The position numbers were made by a program, and so were the translations under genes. The notes beneath the pieces are model-generated. The model searched no databases, was not told where the DNA came from, and saw nothing but the letters and a program-made list of their open reading frames with translations. From Bacillota bacterium (GTDB taxonomy: Bacteria; Bacillota; Limnochordia; Limnochordales; Geochordaceae), in assembly GCA_040754675.1 (NCBI GenBank), contig JBFMCJ010000001.1, positions 1 through 37,694 on the forward strand: a stretch of DNA of 37,694 bases, written 5' to 3'. Shown piece after piece: positions 10,039 through 18,996 of the stretch (positions are counted from its first letter, which is position 1; each line of letters starts with the position of its first letter).

Positions 10039-10869
10039 GTGGATAAAGGCATGGCCCACGAGCGCACTGCCACCCGGACGGTGACGGCCCCGCGCCCGGT
10101 CCAGGCTCAGGCCCAGGCGGCCGCAGGCCGTCCAAAGCTGAACCCCGACGAAAAGGTGCTGGTCTGGCCGTATCTCGTCCGCATCGAGTTCATCGCGGCG
10201 CTGCTGTTCTTGTTGTTGCTGTCGCTGATGGCCGTCTTCATCGACGCGCCGCTGGCGCCGCTTGCCAATCCCGATGTGACGCCCAACCCCGCCAAGGCGC
10301 CGTGGTACTTCCTGGGGCTGCAGGAGTTGCTGCTGCACATGGACAAGGCGCTGGCCGGCGTCATCGTCCCCGGCGCCGTACTCCTCGGCCTTGCGGCGCT
10401 GCCGTACATCGACGTCCGCCGCAAGGGGACGGGCATCTGGTTTCACAGCAAGAGGGGCGTGCCCATCACGCTGTTCAGCTTCTTCTACACCGCCGCGTGG
10501 AACGTGAGCCTCATTTTGATCGACGAGTTCCTCCCCGTGCCCGGGGAGGCCGGTGCTCACGGGATCGGGCCCATCGTCAAGTACTGGCTGAGCAACGCCC
10601 GCGATGCCGGTTGGCTCTTCGGGGTCAGCGACCGGGTCATCAACGCCATCGCGGGCTGGATCGTGCCCACGTTCATCATGCTCTTCATCCCGGCATCGCT
10701 GGTGCTGATCCTGCGCCGGCGCTGGCAGGCCGACACCCGGGAGGCGGCGATGGGGCTGTTCACGTTCTTCGTGGCCTCGTTCTTGGTGCTGACCATCGTC
10801 GGCACCGCTTTCCGGGGACCGGGCATGCGGCTGATGTGGCCCTGGGAGGTCGGGGCCGCCAACCACTGA
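10039..10869 (+). CDS. Subunit IV-like (cytochrome b C-terminal) membrane subunit
   Basis: [47 protein letters not shown]; follows the b6 gene directly. Confidence 0.85.
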   Translation: MDKGMAHERTATRTVTAPRPVQAQAQAAAGRPKLNPDEKVLVWPYLVRIEFIAALLFLLLLSLMAVFIDAPLAPLANPDVTPNPAKAPWYFLGLQELLLHMDKALAGVIVPGAVLLGLAALPYIDVRRKGTGIWFHSKRGVPITLFSFFYTAAWNVSLILIDEFLPVPGEAGAHGIGPIVKYWLSNARDAGWLFGVSDRVINAIAGWIVPTFIMLFIPASLVLILRRRWQADTREAAMGLFTFFVASFLVLTIVGTAFRGPGMRLMWPWEVGAANH

Positions 10870-10887
10870 TAACGGGGGAGTCACCAG

Positions 10888-11571
10888 ATGGCATCGGAAC
10901 AAGCAGGCAAGGACCGTGCCGAGGCCGCCGACCGGCAGGCCCCGGCCAGGGCACAGGTGACGCCCGCGGCCCCACAGGCGAGCCGCCAGGCCGCCGCTGC
11001 TGCTACAGCGCAGGCACCGGCCCGGCCGGCGGACGGGAGCGCGCCGTCGCCGCCCCGCGCGGCGGCCGCCGGGGCGGCCCGCGCAGCGGAGCCCGCTCCC
11101 GGCGACCCGGAGATGCGCCGCCGCATCCTCATGCGGTGGCTCATGTGGGGTTCGGCGTTCGTCTTCTTCGCCCAGAGCGCGCTGGCAGGCCTCGCCATGT
11201 TCTGGCCGCGCCGCGTCCTGGGCTTCGGTTCCAAGGTGGACGCCGGGCCGGTCAGCAGCTTCCCGGCCGGATCGGTCACCAAGTTCCGTGAGGGCAAGTT
11301 CTGGCTGAGCCGCCTGGACAATGGCGTCATCGCTCTTTACTGGCGCTGCACGCACCTGGGCTGCACGGTTCCGTGGCGGGAGGACGAACAGCTCTTCCAC
11401 TGCCCGTGCCACGGCTCCATATACGAGCGCACGGGCCAGAACATCGCCGGGCCAGCGCCCCGGCCGCTCGACTACATGACCGTGGAGATCGTCAACGGCC
11501 GCATCATCGTCAACACCCGGGAGATCCACGAGCGGGCCGTCCACCTGCCGCAGCACGTGACGCCCGTTTGA
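10888..11571 (+). CDS. Rieske 2Fe-2S protein
   Basis: CTHLGC and CPCHGS boxes, GPAPRPL, twin-arginine-like MRRRIL followed by a TM helix. Confidence 0.95.
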   Translation: MASEQAGKDRAEAADRQAPARAQVTPAAPQASRQAAAAATAQAPARPADGSAPSPPRAAAAGAARAAEPAPGDPEMRRRILMRWLMWGSAFVFFAQSALAGLAMFWPRRVLGFGSKVDAGPVSSFPAGSVTKFREGKFWLSRLDNGVIALYWRCTHLGCTVPWREDEQLFHCPCHGSIYERTGQNIAGPAPRPLDYMTVEIVNGRIIVNTREIHERAVHLPQHVTPV

Positions 11572-11629
11572 GGCGCCACCGGACAGCTCGCCCGCTTACT
11601 TGCAAGTGCAAAAAGGGGTGTCTTCAGGC

Positions 11630-11731
11630 GTGGAAGTCGCCGAGTCGGTGGAGCTCCTGCTGGTTTTCCTGCTCGTGATCGTGGGCGAGGTGATCCTCTA
11701 CTTCATCGATCGGGCCATCCGGCACGAGTAA
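11630..11731 (+). CDS. 33-aa single-TM small protein, putative small subunit of the complex
   Basis: GTG start 9 nt after SD AAAGGGGTG; MEVAESVELLLVFLLVIVGEVILYFIDRAIRHE*; GC-rich third codon positions. Confidence 0.65.
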   Translation: MEVAESVELLLVFLLVIVGEVILYFIDRAIRHE

Positions 11732-11771
11732 CGAGAGGTGCCCTTGCCTCAGGGAACCGCGGGCCTTTGAC

Positions 11772-12635
11772 GTGGAAAGGAGCCTCGGTCACAGCGTGAA
11801 AGGACGAACCTACGTCATCGTCATGGCCTTGAGCTGGGCGCTCGTGTTGCTGTGGGGCATCTACTGGGCCCGGGAGGGCGACCGGATGGCGGCGACCAGC
11901 GCGGCGTTCAGGGCTGAGACGCTCGAAGAGGGCGCCCGCATCTACGCTCAGAACTGCGTCGCCTGCCACGGGCAGCTGGGAGAGGGCGTCGTGGGGCCCA
12001 GCCTCGACCGGGAGGCCCTGAGGGGCGACCCGGAGAACGACCGGGAGACCTATGATTTCATCTACCAAACCGTGGCGCGGGGCCGCCCCGGGTCGGTGGT
12101 GACGCGCTGGCAGAAGCTTCCCAACGGGGAGTGGGCGTCGTTCACGGCCATGCCGGCGTGGAGCACACAGTTCGGCGGCCCGCTGAACGAACAGGCCCTC
12201 CGGCAGGTGGTCTCCTTCCTCATGGCCGGTGACTGGCAGCGGGTCGCGCGCTACATCCCGCCGCCCAGGCTCGACGGCCAACTCCCCGTGGCCGAGGGTG
12301 TGCCCGAGGACGTCCAGCGGCGGGCCCAGGAGGTCATCCGGCAGAAGGGCTGCCTCGCCTGCCACACGATCGGCAACACGGGCGGGCTCATCGGGCCGGA
12401 CCTGACCCACCTGGGGTCCTGGGGCGTCGACCAGGCGTTCTTGAAGGACTGGATTTCAAACCCCCCCGCCACGGCTAACCGAGCGCCGGTGTGGTTCTCC
12501 AACTACGGGGGCATCGACGCCTCGGGCCGGCCGTCGGGAGCGCGGATCGATTACGGGCCCACCCAGATGCCCAACCTGGGTCTGACCGAAGAGGAGCTGG
12601 ACGTCGTCACCCGGTACCTGCTGGGGCTGAAGTAG
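11772..12635 (+). CDS. Membrane-anchored di-heme c-type cytochrome
   Basis: N-terminal TM helix, CVACH and CLACH, AMP and QMP axial Met candidates. Alternative start GTG 11796. Confidence 0.9.
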   Translation: MERSLGHSVKGRTYVIVMALSWALVLLWGIYWAREGDRMAATSAAFRAETLEEGARIYAQNCVACHGQLGEGVVGPSLDREALRGDPENDRETYDFIYQTVARGRPGSVVTRWQKLPNGEWASFTAMPAWSTQFGGPLNEQALRQVVSFLMAGDWQRVARYIPPPRLDGQLPVAEGVPEDVQRRAQEVIRQKGCLACHTIGNTGGLIGPDLTHLGSWGVDQAFLKDWISNPPATANRAPVWFSNYGGIDASGRPSGARIDYGPTQMPNLGLTEEELDVVTRYLLGLK

Positions 12636-12639
12636 CCTC

Positions 12640-13413
12640 ATGAGGGCCTGGCTTGCGCTTACCGCACTGAGCGCGCTTGCCTCCGGGGCAGCGTTCCGGG
12701 CGGCGGCGATGACCGGCATCGCGGGCCTGCGAATGGCGGCCACCATCCTGCTGGCCATCGGCGGTTGGGGGCTGGCGGCCGCGGCGGAGGCCTACCAGAC
12801 CCGAAGAGCGATCGGGTGGCTGGAGAGCCGCCTGGCAGAGGTCGCCGGGACGGCGGCGGCCGTGCTGCAACTCCCGGGAAGCTGGGGGCGCCGGTACCGG
12901 TGGGCTCGGGGATACCTGCTGGTCGGCGAGGGCGGCATCCTGGTGGCGGCCGCCCTCGGCCTCTCTCACTTCACCAGGCGCCCGGCGGCCATCCGGCAGC
13001 TCGACGGGTGCGCCGCCTCGCTGAAGGAGGCGGTGCGGCGGATCAAGGAAACGGCGGCCCCCGCGGGCCCATCCGGGCCGGCTGCAGGGGCTGGCGCCGG
13101 GGCTGGGCGCGGTTCGCCTCCTCCGGTTTCGGCTGTTCCCGGGTACGGCCTCGTCATCCTCCTGCGCCGCAGGGTGAACCCCGTGGAACGGCAGCGGATG
13201 CGTCTGTTGGGGGTAGGGCTGGCCAACCCCGAACACGTTCCGGACGTCCTGCGCCCCGTGCTGGCGCCACCCGGCGCGGGCCTGCGCAGGCTGACCGAGG
13301 CGGAGCAGGTCGCCATTGCCCGCACCCTCGAGCTCCGGCTGGGAGCCACCCCGGTCGCTCCGAGGGCCGCAGACGGGGACGCAGGCCAGCTGCCTCAGCG
13401 GGCCAGGGCCTGA
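12640..13413 (+). CDS. Hypothetical membrane protein (two N-terminal TMs plus soluble domain)
   Basis: Starts 4 nt after the cytochrome c stop; hydrophobic N-terminus. Confidence 0.6.
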   Translation: MRAWLALTALSALASGAAFRAAAMTGIAGLRMAATILLAIGGWGLAAAAEAYQTRRAIGWLESRLAEVAGTAAAVLQLPGSWGRRYRWARGYLLVGEGGILVAAALGLSHFTRRPAAIRQLDGCAASLKEAVRRIKETAAPAGPSGPAAGAGAGAGRGSPPPVSAVPGYGLVILLRRRVNPVERQRMRLLGVGLANPEHVPDVLRPVLAPPGAGLRRLTEAEQVAIARTLELRLGATPVAPRAADGDAGQLPQRARA

Positions 13414-13433
13414 CCAAACAGGGGGCATCGGGG

Positions 13434-13685
13434 TTGGAAAGACGCAACTCCCCCAGGGCTCTTCCGTGGATGGGCGCGGTTGCCACGGCCGTGGTCATCG
13501 CCGGCATCGCTCTCAACTTCGCCTGGTTTGCTCACCGGGGCGTGGGGCCGCTGCAGCTGGTAGCCATCTCGGGCCCCCTCTGGCTGGCTGCGGCGGGCGC
13601 TGTCGCCGCCATCGCCGGGGGAGGGTGGCTGCTGGGGCGAGTACTCACAAGCCGGGTGCCGTCCGGCCAGGAGCCCCACCGGTAA
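13434..13685 (+). CDS. Small two-TM membrane protein
   Basis: TTG start after G-rich SD; two hydrophobic stretches (GAVATAVVIAGIALNFAWF and LWLAAAGAVAAIAGGGWLL). Confidence 0.55.
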   Translation: MERRNSPRALPWMGAVATAVVIAGIALNFAWFAHRGVGPLQLVAISGPLWLAAAGAVAAIAGGGWLLGRVLTSRVPSGQEPHR

Positions 13686-13687
13686 CT

Positions 13688-13711
13688 TTGACCCGGTAAA
13701 TCCCGGGTCAA
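13688..13711. repeat. Perfect 9-bp inverted repeat at the end of the respiratory operon
   Basis: TTGACCCGG-TAAATC-CCGGGTCAA immediately after the stop codon; terminator-like hairpin or operator. Confidence 0.65.
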
Positions 13712-13800
13712 CCGTCCCTTGCTTACCGATCGGGGTCTGCCGTACGCTGGAAGTGCAGCCGCTTGGCCTCATGGCGAACGACAAGAGAGGCGGGAGAGCA

Positions 13801-14055
13801 ATGGCGGCCGTGCGTTCCCCCAGCACCTACCAGCTTCACCTGGACCTGGGCGGGCTTACCCTGGCCGAACTGGTCGACGTCGTGGTCGAACAGGCGCTTC
13901 TGCCCCTGCCGGAAGCCGACCGGCGGCGTTACCTGCCGCAGGTGCGGGCCAACGTGGAACGCGTCCTGCGCAAGCACGTGGTGGCCTATGACGCCTGCGG
14001 CATGGGCTCGATCTGCCGCGACAGCGAGCGGTACGACCCCTGGCCGCAGGCGTGA
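13801..14055 (+). CDS. Hypothetical 84-aa protein
   Basis: ATG after GGGAGAG; protein-like composition; candidate promoter TTGCTT-N18-TACGCT at 13719-13748. Confidence 0.6.
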   Translation: MAAVRSPSTYQLHLDLGGLTLAELVDVVVEQALLPLPEADRRRYLPQVRANVERVLRKHVVAYDACGMGSICRDSERYDPWPQA

Positions 14056-14064
14056 GAGGCACCC

Positions 14065-15354
14065 TTACGGGTAGATCCCCCTCACGCGGATAGCCTCGGC
14101 GACCCGGGAGACGGCCAGCACCATGGCGCCGGTGCGCAGGTCCGTCCCGTGGCGGCGGGCCGTTTCCCAGACGTCCTGGAAGCTCTGGCGCATCCGCCGC
14201 GCAAGCTCGCGGTTGACCTGTTCCTCGGGCCAGAAAAACTCCTGCAGCCCCTGGATCCATTCAAAGTAGGAGACGGTCACCCCGCCCGCGTTGGCCAGGA
14301 TGTCGGGGATGACCGTTACACCGCGCTCTGCCAGGATGGCGTCGGCCTCGGGCGTGACGGGCCCGTTGGCGCCCTCGGCCACGACGCGCGCCCGGATCCG
14401 GCCGGCGTTGCGTTCGGTGATGGCACCTTCAAGTGCGGCGGGCACCAGCACCTCGCACGGCACCTCCAACACACCTTCGGGCGGCCCGGACTCGGCCCCC
14501 GGAAAGCCGCGCAGCGTGCCGTGCTGCTGCTTGTAAGCCACGAGATCCTTCACCGAAAGCCCGCTGTCCTGTCGCACCGTGACCTGCGAGTCGCCGACGG
14601 CCACCACCCTGGCGCCCATCTCCTCCAGCGAGAGCGCGGCGTACCGCCCGACGTTGCCGAAGCCCTGCACGGCCACCCGGGCACCGCGGAGATCCATGCC
14701 CACCCGCCGCGCCGCCTCCTCCACGCAGATGGCGCAGCCCCGCCCGGTGGCCTGTTCGCGGCCCAGCGATCCTCCTATCTCCAGGGGCTTGCCTGTCACC
14801 ACCGCGGGCACCGGCCGCCCCTGCTGCATGCTGTACGTGTCCATGATCCATGCCATCACCTGCGGGTTAGTGTAGACGTCAGGCGCCGGGATGTCGCGAT
14901 CCGGGCCGATGATGACGCTGATCTCGGCGGTGTAGCGCCGGGTGAGCTGCTCCAGCTCCCGGCGGCTGAGGCGCTTCGGGTCGCAGACGACCCCTCCCTT
15001 GGCCCCCCCAAAGGGCAGGTTCATCACGGCGCACTTCCAGGTCATCCACATGGCCAGCGCCGTCACCTCGTCGAGCGTGACGCCGGGATGGTAGCGGATG
15101 CCGCCCTTCGCCGGGCCCCTGGCCAGCGAGTGCTGCACCCGGTACCCGGTGAACACCTCCAGCCGCCCGTCGTCCATCTTCACCGGAATGGACACGGTCA
15201 GCACCCGCTTGGGCGTCTTCAGCAACTTCAGCAGCCCCTCATCGATGCCGGACAGCTTCGCTGCCCGCTCCAGTTGCCGGACAGCCATGGCCAGCGGGGA
15301 GAGATCCGCAGGACGCGCCGTGGTGCTCCTGGCCTCGGTGACCGACATCGCCAT
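14065..15354 (-). CDS. gdhA: Glu/Leu/Phe/Val dehydrogenase (glutamate dehydrogenase)
   Basis: GPAKGGIRY, MTWKC, GGAKGG, DIPAPD, VQGFGNVG, EGANGP, NAGGVTVSYFEW. Confidence 0.95.
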   Translation of the reverse strand: MAMSVTEARSTTARPADLSPLAMAVRQLERAAKLSGIDEGLLKLLKTPKRVLTVSIPVKMDDGRLEVFTGYRVQHSLARGPAKGGIRYHPGVTLDEVTALAMWMTWKCAVMNLPFGGAKGGVVCDPKRLSRRELEQLTRRYTAEISVIIGPDRDIPAPDVYTNPQVMAWIMDTYSMQQGRPVPAVVTGKPLEIGGSLGREQATGRGCAICVEEAARRVGMDLRGARVAVQGFGNVGRYAALSLEEMGARVVAVGDSQVTVRQDSGLSVKDLVAYKQQHGTLRGFPGAESGPPEGVLEVPCEVLVPAALEGAITERNAGRIRARVVAEGANGPVTPEADAILAERGVTVIPDILANAGGVTVSYFEWIQGLQEFFWPEEQVNRELARRMRQSFQDVWETARRHGTDLRTGAMVLAVSRVAEAIRVRGIYP

Positions 15355-15495
15355 CCCGAATCACTCTCCTCACCTGGTGAGCGGGCTGAGAAGAACCGTA
15401 AACACATACCCGGTATCATACGCTCGTGACGTGCCATTTCCTGCGTGCCGCCGCCGATTTTCTCATCCCCTGCTATCATGTCCGGGGAGGAGCGC

Positions 15496-16599
15496 ATGGA
15501 CTGGGAGTCGTTCCGGGACGAACTGGCCCACGCCGCCGCTCGCCTGGGCTTTGCCGGCCTGGGAGTCGTCGCGGCGAGAGAGTTTACCGATCTGGCAGAA
15601 GTGCTGCGCAGCCGGCAGGCCGAGGGCACCTACCCCCTTTTCTGCGAGCGCGACGTGACGCGCCGAACCCGCCCCGACGATTGGCTCCCCGGTTGCCGCA
15701 GCCTGTGGGTGGCTGCCCTGCCCTACAGGGCGCCCGGCGCGCTGCGCCGGGAGGGGCCACCGTCCGGCCGCGGTCCGTTTGGGCGCATCGCCGCCTACGC
15801 CCTCCCCGAGGACTACCACACCGAGATGCGCCGCCGCCTGAGGGTCCTTGCACGGTGGGCGGCGTACCGCGCCGGATGCTCCCGCCGGCACCACTTCCGG
15901 GTGCTGGTAGACACGGGCCCCCCGGTCGAGCGCCACCTGTGGAGGCTGTCAGGAGCCGGGTGGATCGGCAAGAACACCTGCGCTTACGCACCCGGCGCCG
16001 GGTCGTGGGTCGTGCTGGGTGTCATTGCCACCACCCTGCCCGCCCCTGAGACGCGAACCGGGGCGGAGGCGCCGCCACAAAGAATGCCCCCGGATCCCTG
16101 CATGGACTGCAGCCGCTGTATCGACGCGTGCCCTACGGGGGCCCTGGAGCCCTACCGGATGGACCCGAATCGCTGTATCGCCCAGTTCTCACAGCAGCGC
16201 GGCGATCTCGGGCCATCCGAGCGCGAAAACCTTCACCGGTGGCTCTTCGGGTGCGACATCTGCCAGATCGCCTGCCCGTGCAACGGGCCGGATCGGGCGC
16301 CCCTGGCTTTCGGCCAGAGCACGCCCCTTTCACCCGTCCCGGGTACGGCTGACAGGATCCCGCTGCAGGAGATCCTGTCGATGAGTGAGGCGGCGTTTCA
16401 GGCGGGGCTCGGCAGGGGCGCCGCCTCGTGGAGAGGGCTTGCCCACCTGAAGCGTAACGCGGCCTACGTTCTGGAGGCGTACCGGCGCCGGCTCAAGGCG
16501 TCGGCGCCGGCGGATCGTCCGAACCTCCTCCGGACCCCTTTCCGAACTCGGCCATCCGGCGCGCCATCTCCTCGAGCGTCCGCCACACCCGGCCGTTAA
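15496..16599 (+). CDS. queG: Epoxyqueuosine reductase
   Basis: IAAYA..DYH, VDTGPPVER, GWIGKN, CMDCSRCIDACP, RCI, FGCDICQIACP, LKRNA. ATG 15496 follows GGAGG. Confidence 0.9.
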   Translation: MDWESFRDELAHAAARLGFAGLGVVAAREFTDLAEVLRSRQAEGTYPLFCERDVTRRTRPDDWLPGCRSLWVAALPYRAPGALRREGPPSGRGPFGRIAAYALPEDYHTEMRRRLRVLARWAAYRAGCSRRHHFRVLVDTGPPVERHLWRLSGAGWIGKNTCAYAPGAGSWVVLGVIATTLPAPETRTGAEAPPQRMPPDPCMDCSRCIDACPTGALEPYRMDPNRCIAQFSQQRGDLGPSERENLHRWLFGCDICQIACPCNGPDRAPLAFGQSTPLSPVPGTADRIPLQEILSMSEAAFQAGLGRGAASWRGLAHLKRNAAYVLEAYRRRLKASAPADRPNLLRTPFRTRPSGAPSPRASATPGR

Positions 16600-18937
16600 C
16601 GGTCTGGTCGGGGTACAGCCCGTCCGCCCCCGGCTCCCCCGCCGGCGTCCCGGTCAGGATGGAGATCCCCTCGTCAATGGTGCGCACGGCCCAGATGTGG
16701 AAGCGGCCTTGCCGCACGGCTTCCACCACTTCGTCCTTGAGCATCAGATTGACCACGTTCTGGTGCGGAATGATGACGCCCTGCCGCCCCGTGAGCCCCC
16801 TCAGCTTGCAAAGGGCGAAAAAGCCCTCGATCTTGCGGTTGACCCCGCCGACCGGCTGCACCTCGCCCTTCTGGTTGACCGACCCCGTGACGGCGATACC
16901 CTGCCGGATGGGGAGCCCTGAAAGGCTGGACAAAAGCGCATACAGCTCCGCACTGGAGGCGGAGTCGCCCTCCACCTCCTCGTAAAGCTGCTCGAAGGTG
17001 AGGCTGGCCGACAGCGCGATCGGCATTCCGATGGGGTACTTTTCCGCGAGGTACCCGCCCAGGATCAGGACGCCCTTGTCGTGGATGCGCCCGGAGAGTT
17101 CCACTTCCCTTTCGATGTTGACCACGCCCCGGTCCCCCACCGCCACCGAGGCCGTGATGCGGGTGGGCTTCGCAAAGGCGTAGTCCCCGAGCTCGACGAT
17201 GGACAGCCCGTTGATCTGGCCCACCTTTTCGCCGTCCACGTCCACCAGGATCTGGCCCCCGGCCAGGAGTTCCAGGAGCTTCTCCTCGACCCGGTTTGAC
17301 CGGTACTCCTGCTCCTGGATGGCACGATCCACGTGAGAGGCTCGCACCACCTCCGCGCCCTCCGCCTCCGCCCACGCCGACGCCTCGTAGACCACCTCGA
17401 CGATCTCGTTGAAGCGCGTGGACAGGCGCTCCTTGTGCTCGGCCATGCGGGCGGAGTGCTCGATGATGCGCGCGACGGCATCGCGGTGGAAGGGCCGCAG
17501 TTTCTCCCGCCGGCATACCGCCGCCACGAACTGCGCGTACTTGTACGCGTGCTCGTCGTTGAGCGGCATCTCGACGTCGAAGTCGGCCAGCACCTTGAAG
17601 TACTTGCGGAACTCCTCGTCCATGTAAAGCAGCAGGTGGTACAGGTACGGGCTCCCCACCATGATCAGCTTGACGCGTACGGGAATGGGTTGGGGTTTCA
17701 AGGCGGAGACAGGCAGCACGCCCATCTGCTCGGCCACGCTTTCAATTCGCACCTCGCCGCTTTTGAGCGCACGCTTCAGCCCGTCCCACGCCCACGGGCT
17801 CTTCAGCAGGTCCTGCGCCTGCAGGATCAGGTAGCCGCCGTTCGCACGGTGCAGCGCGCCCGGTTTGATCATGGTGAAGTCGGTCACCATGGCGCCGAAC
17901 TCGTGCCGGTACTCAAGCTTCCCGAACAGATTGGCAAACGTGGGGTTGGCCTCGATGACCACGGGCGCGCCCTGGAGGTTGTGGTTATCCACCAGCAGGT
18001 TCACCTTGTAGCGCACGAACGAACGCCGGCTGCGCCGCCGCATCCACGGCATGGGCGGCTCGGTCTCCTCTTCGTCCTTGAACTCGTCGATGTTCTCCAC
18101 GATGTCCCGTTCGACCGCCCCCAGGTACTCGATGACCCGGGGCAGCGCCGCATACTTCTCCTTAAGTTCGGCGATGGGCTGGCTGACCGCGGCCAGGGCC
18201 ACCTTGCGCTCCAGTTCCCGGACCTGGTCCCTTGCCTGTTTCTCCAGGGTTCGGATGCGCCGGGTTACGTCGGCCACGTGCGCGTGAATCTCCTTGTTGG
18301 CGGCCTCCAGCGCCCGCCGCTCCTCTTCGGGCAGGCTCTCGAACTCCTCCTGGGTGATGGGACGGCCCTCCACCAGCGGCACCGTTGCAAAGCCGGTGCT
18401 GGTGCGCCGCAGGGCAAAGCCGCGTTCCTGGGCCAGCTTCTCCGCCTGGTCGATGAGTTGTTGGCTTTGCTCCTGGAACTCCCGCACCACGGCGTCGCGC
18501 TGCTTTTCGTAGTCATCGGACTCAAAGCGGCGAGGGATGGCGGACTTGAGCTCCTCGACCAGTTCGTCCATGTCCTGGGCAAGCTGCGACCCCATCCCGG
18601 GCGGGAGGTTGAGCGCCAGGGGTTCGTCCGGGCTGTCGAAGTTGTAGACGTACACCCAGTCGTCCGGGACGGGCTTGTGCCGCGCGACCTCGTGAACCAG
18701 GCGGCGCGCGTAGGTGTTCTTGCCGGTGCCCGTCGGGCCGGCCATGTAGATGTTGTAGCCCGGGTGCTTCATCCGCAGCCCGAACTCCATGGCCCGCACG
18801 GCGCGTTCCTGTCCGATGATGCCTTCCAGCGGCTCGATGGCGTCAGTGGTCATGGCCGGGAGGCGCTCGGGGGAGAAGCGAAGCCGCAGCTGGTCGGCCC
18901 TGAGTTGTGCGCCAGATGCCGGGTCCGAGAACTTCAA
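16493..18937 (-). CDS. Lon-like S16 protease, LonC-type
   Basis: IGQERA, GPTGTGKNT, GALHRANGGYL, GQINGL, EGDSASSAE (Ser) and GGVNRKIEGF (Lys) dyad. TTG 18937 follows AAGGAGAG. Confidence 0.9.
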   Translation of the reverse strand: MKFSDPASGAQLRADQLRLRFSPERLPAMTTDAIEPLEGIIGQERAVRAMEFGLRMKHPGYNIYMAGPTGTGKNTYARRLVHEVARHKPVPDDWVYVYNFDSPDEPLALNLPPGMGSQLAQDMDELVEELKSAIPRRFESDDYEKQRDAVVREFQEQSQQLIDQAEKLAQERGFALRRTSTGFATVPLVEGRPITQEEFESLPEEERRALEAANKEIHAHVADVTRRIRTLEKQARDQVRELERKVALAAVSQPIAELKEKYAALPRVIEYLGAVERDIVENIDEFKDEEETEPPMPWMRRRSRRSFVRYKVNLLVDNHNLQGAPVVIEANPTFANLFGKLEYRHEFGAMVTDFTMIKPGALHRANGGYLILQAQDLLKSPWAWDGLKRALKSGEVRIESVAEQMGVLPVSALKPQPIPVRVKLIMVGSPYLYHLLLYMDEEFRKYFKVLADFDVEMPLNDEHAYKYAQFVAAVCRREKLRPFHRDAVARIIEHSARMAEHKERLSTRFNEIVEVVYEASAWAEAEGAEVVRASHVDRAIQEQEYRSNRVEEKLLELLAGGQILVDVDGEKVGQINGLSIVELGDYAFAKPTRITASVAVGDRGVVNIEREVELSGRIHDKGVLILGGYLAEKYPIGMPIALSASLTFEQLYEEVEGDSASSAELYALLSSLSGLPIRQGIAVTGSVNQKGEVQPVGGVNRKIEGFFALCKLRGLTGRQGVIIPHQNVVNLMLKDEVVEAVRQGRFHIWAVRTIDEGISILTGTPAGEPGADGLYPDQTVNGRVWRTLEEMARRMAEFGKGSGGGSDDPPAPTP

Positions 18938-18996
18938 ACGCCCACTCTCCTTCCTTGAAAAAGAACGCTGCCGCAGCTCGGGCCGCACCCTGCACT

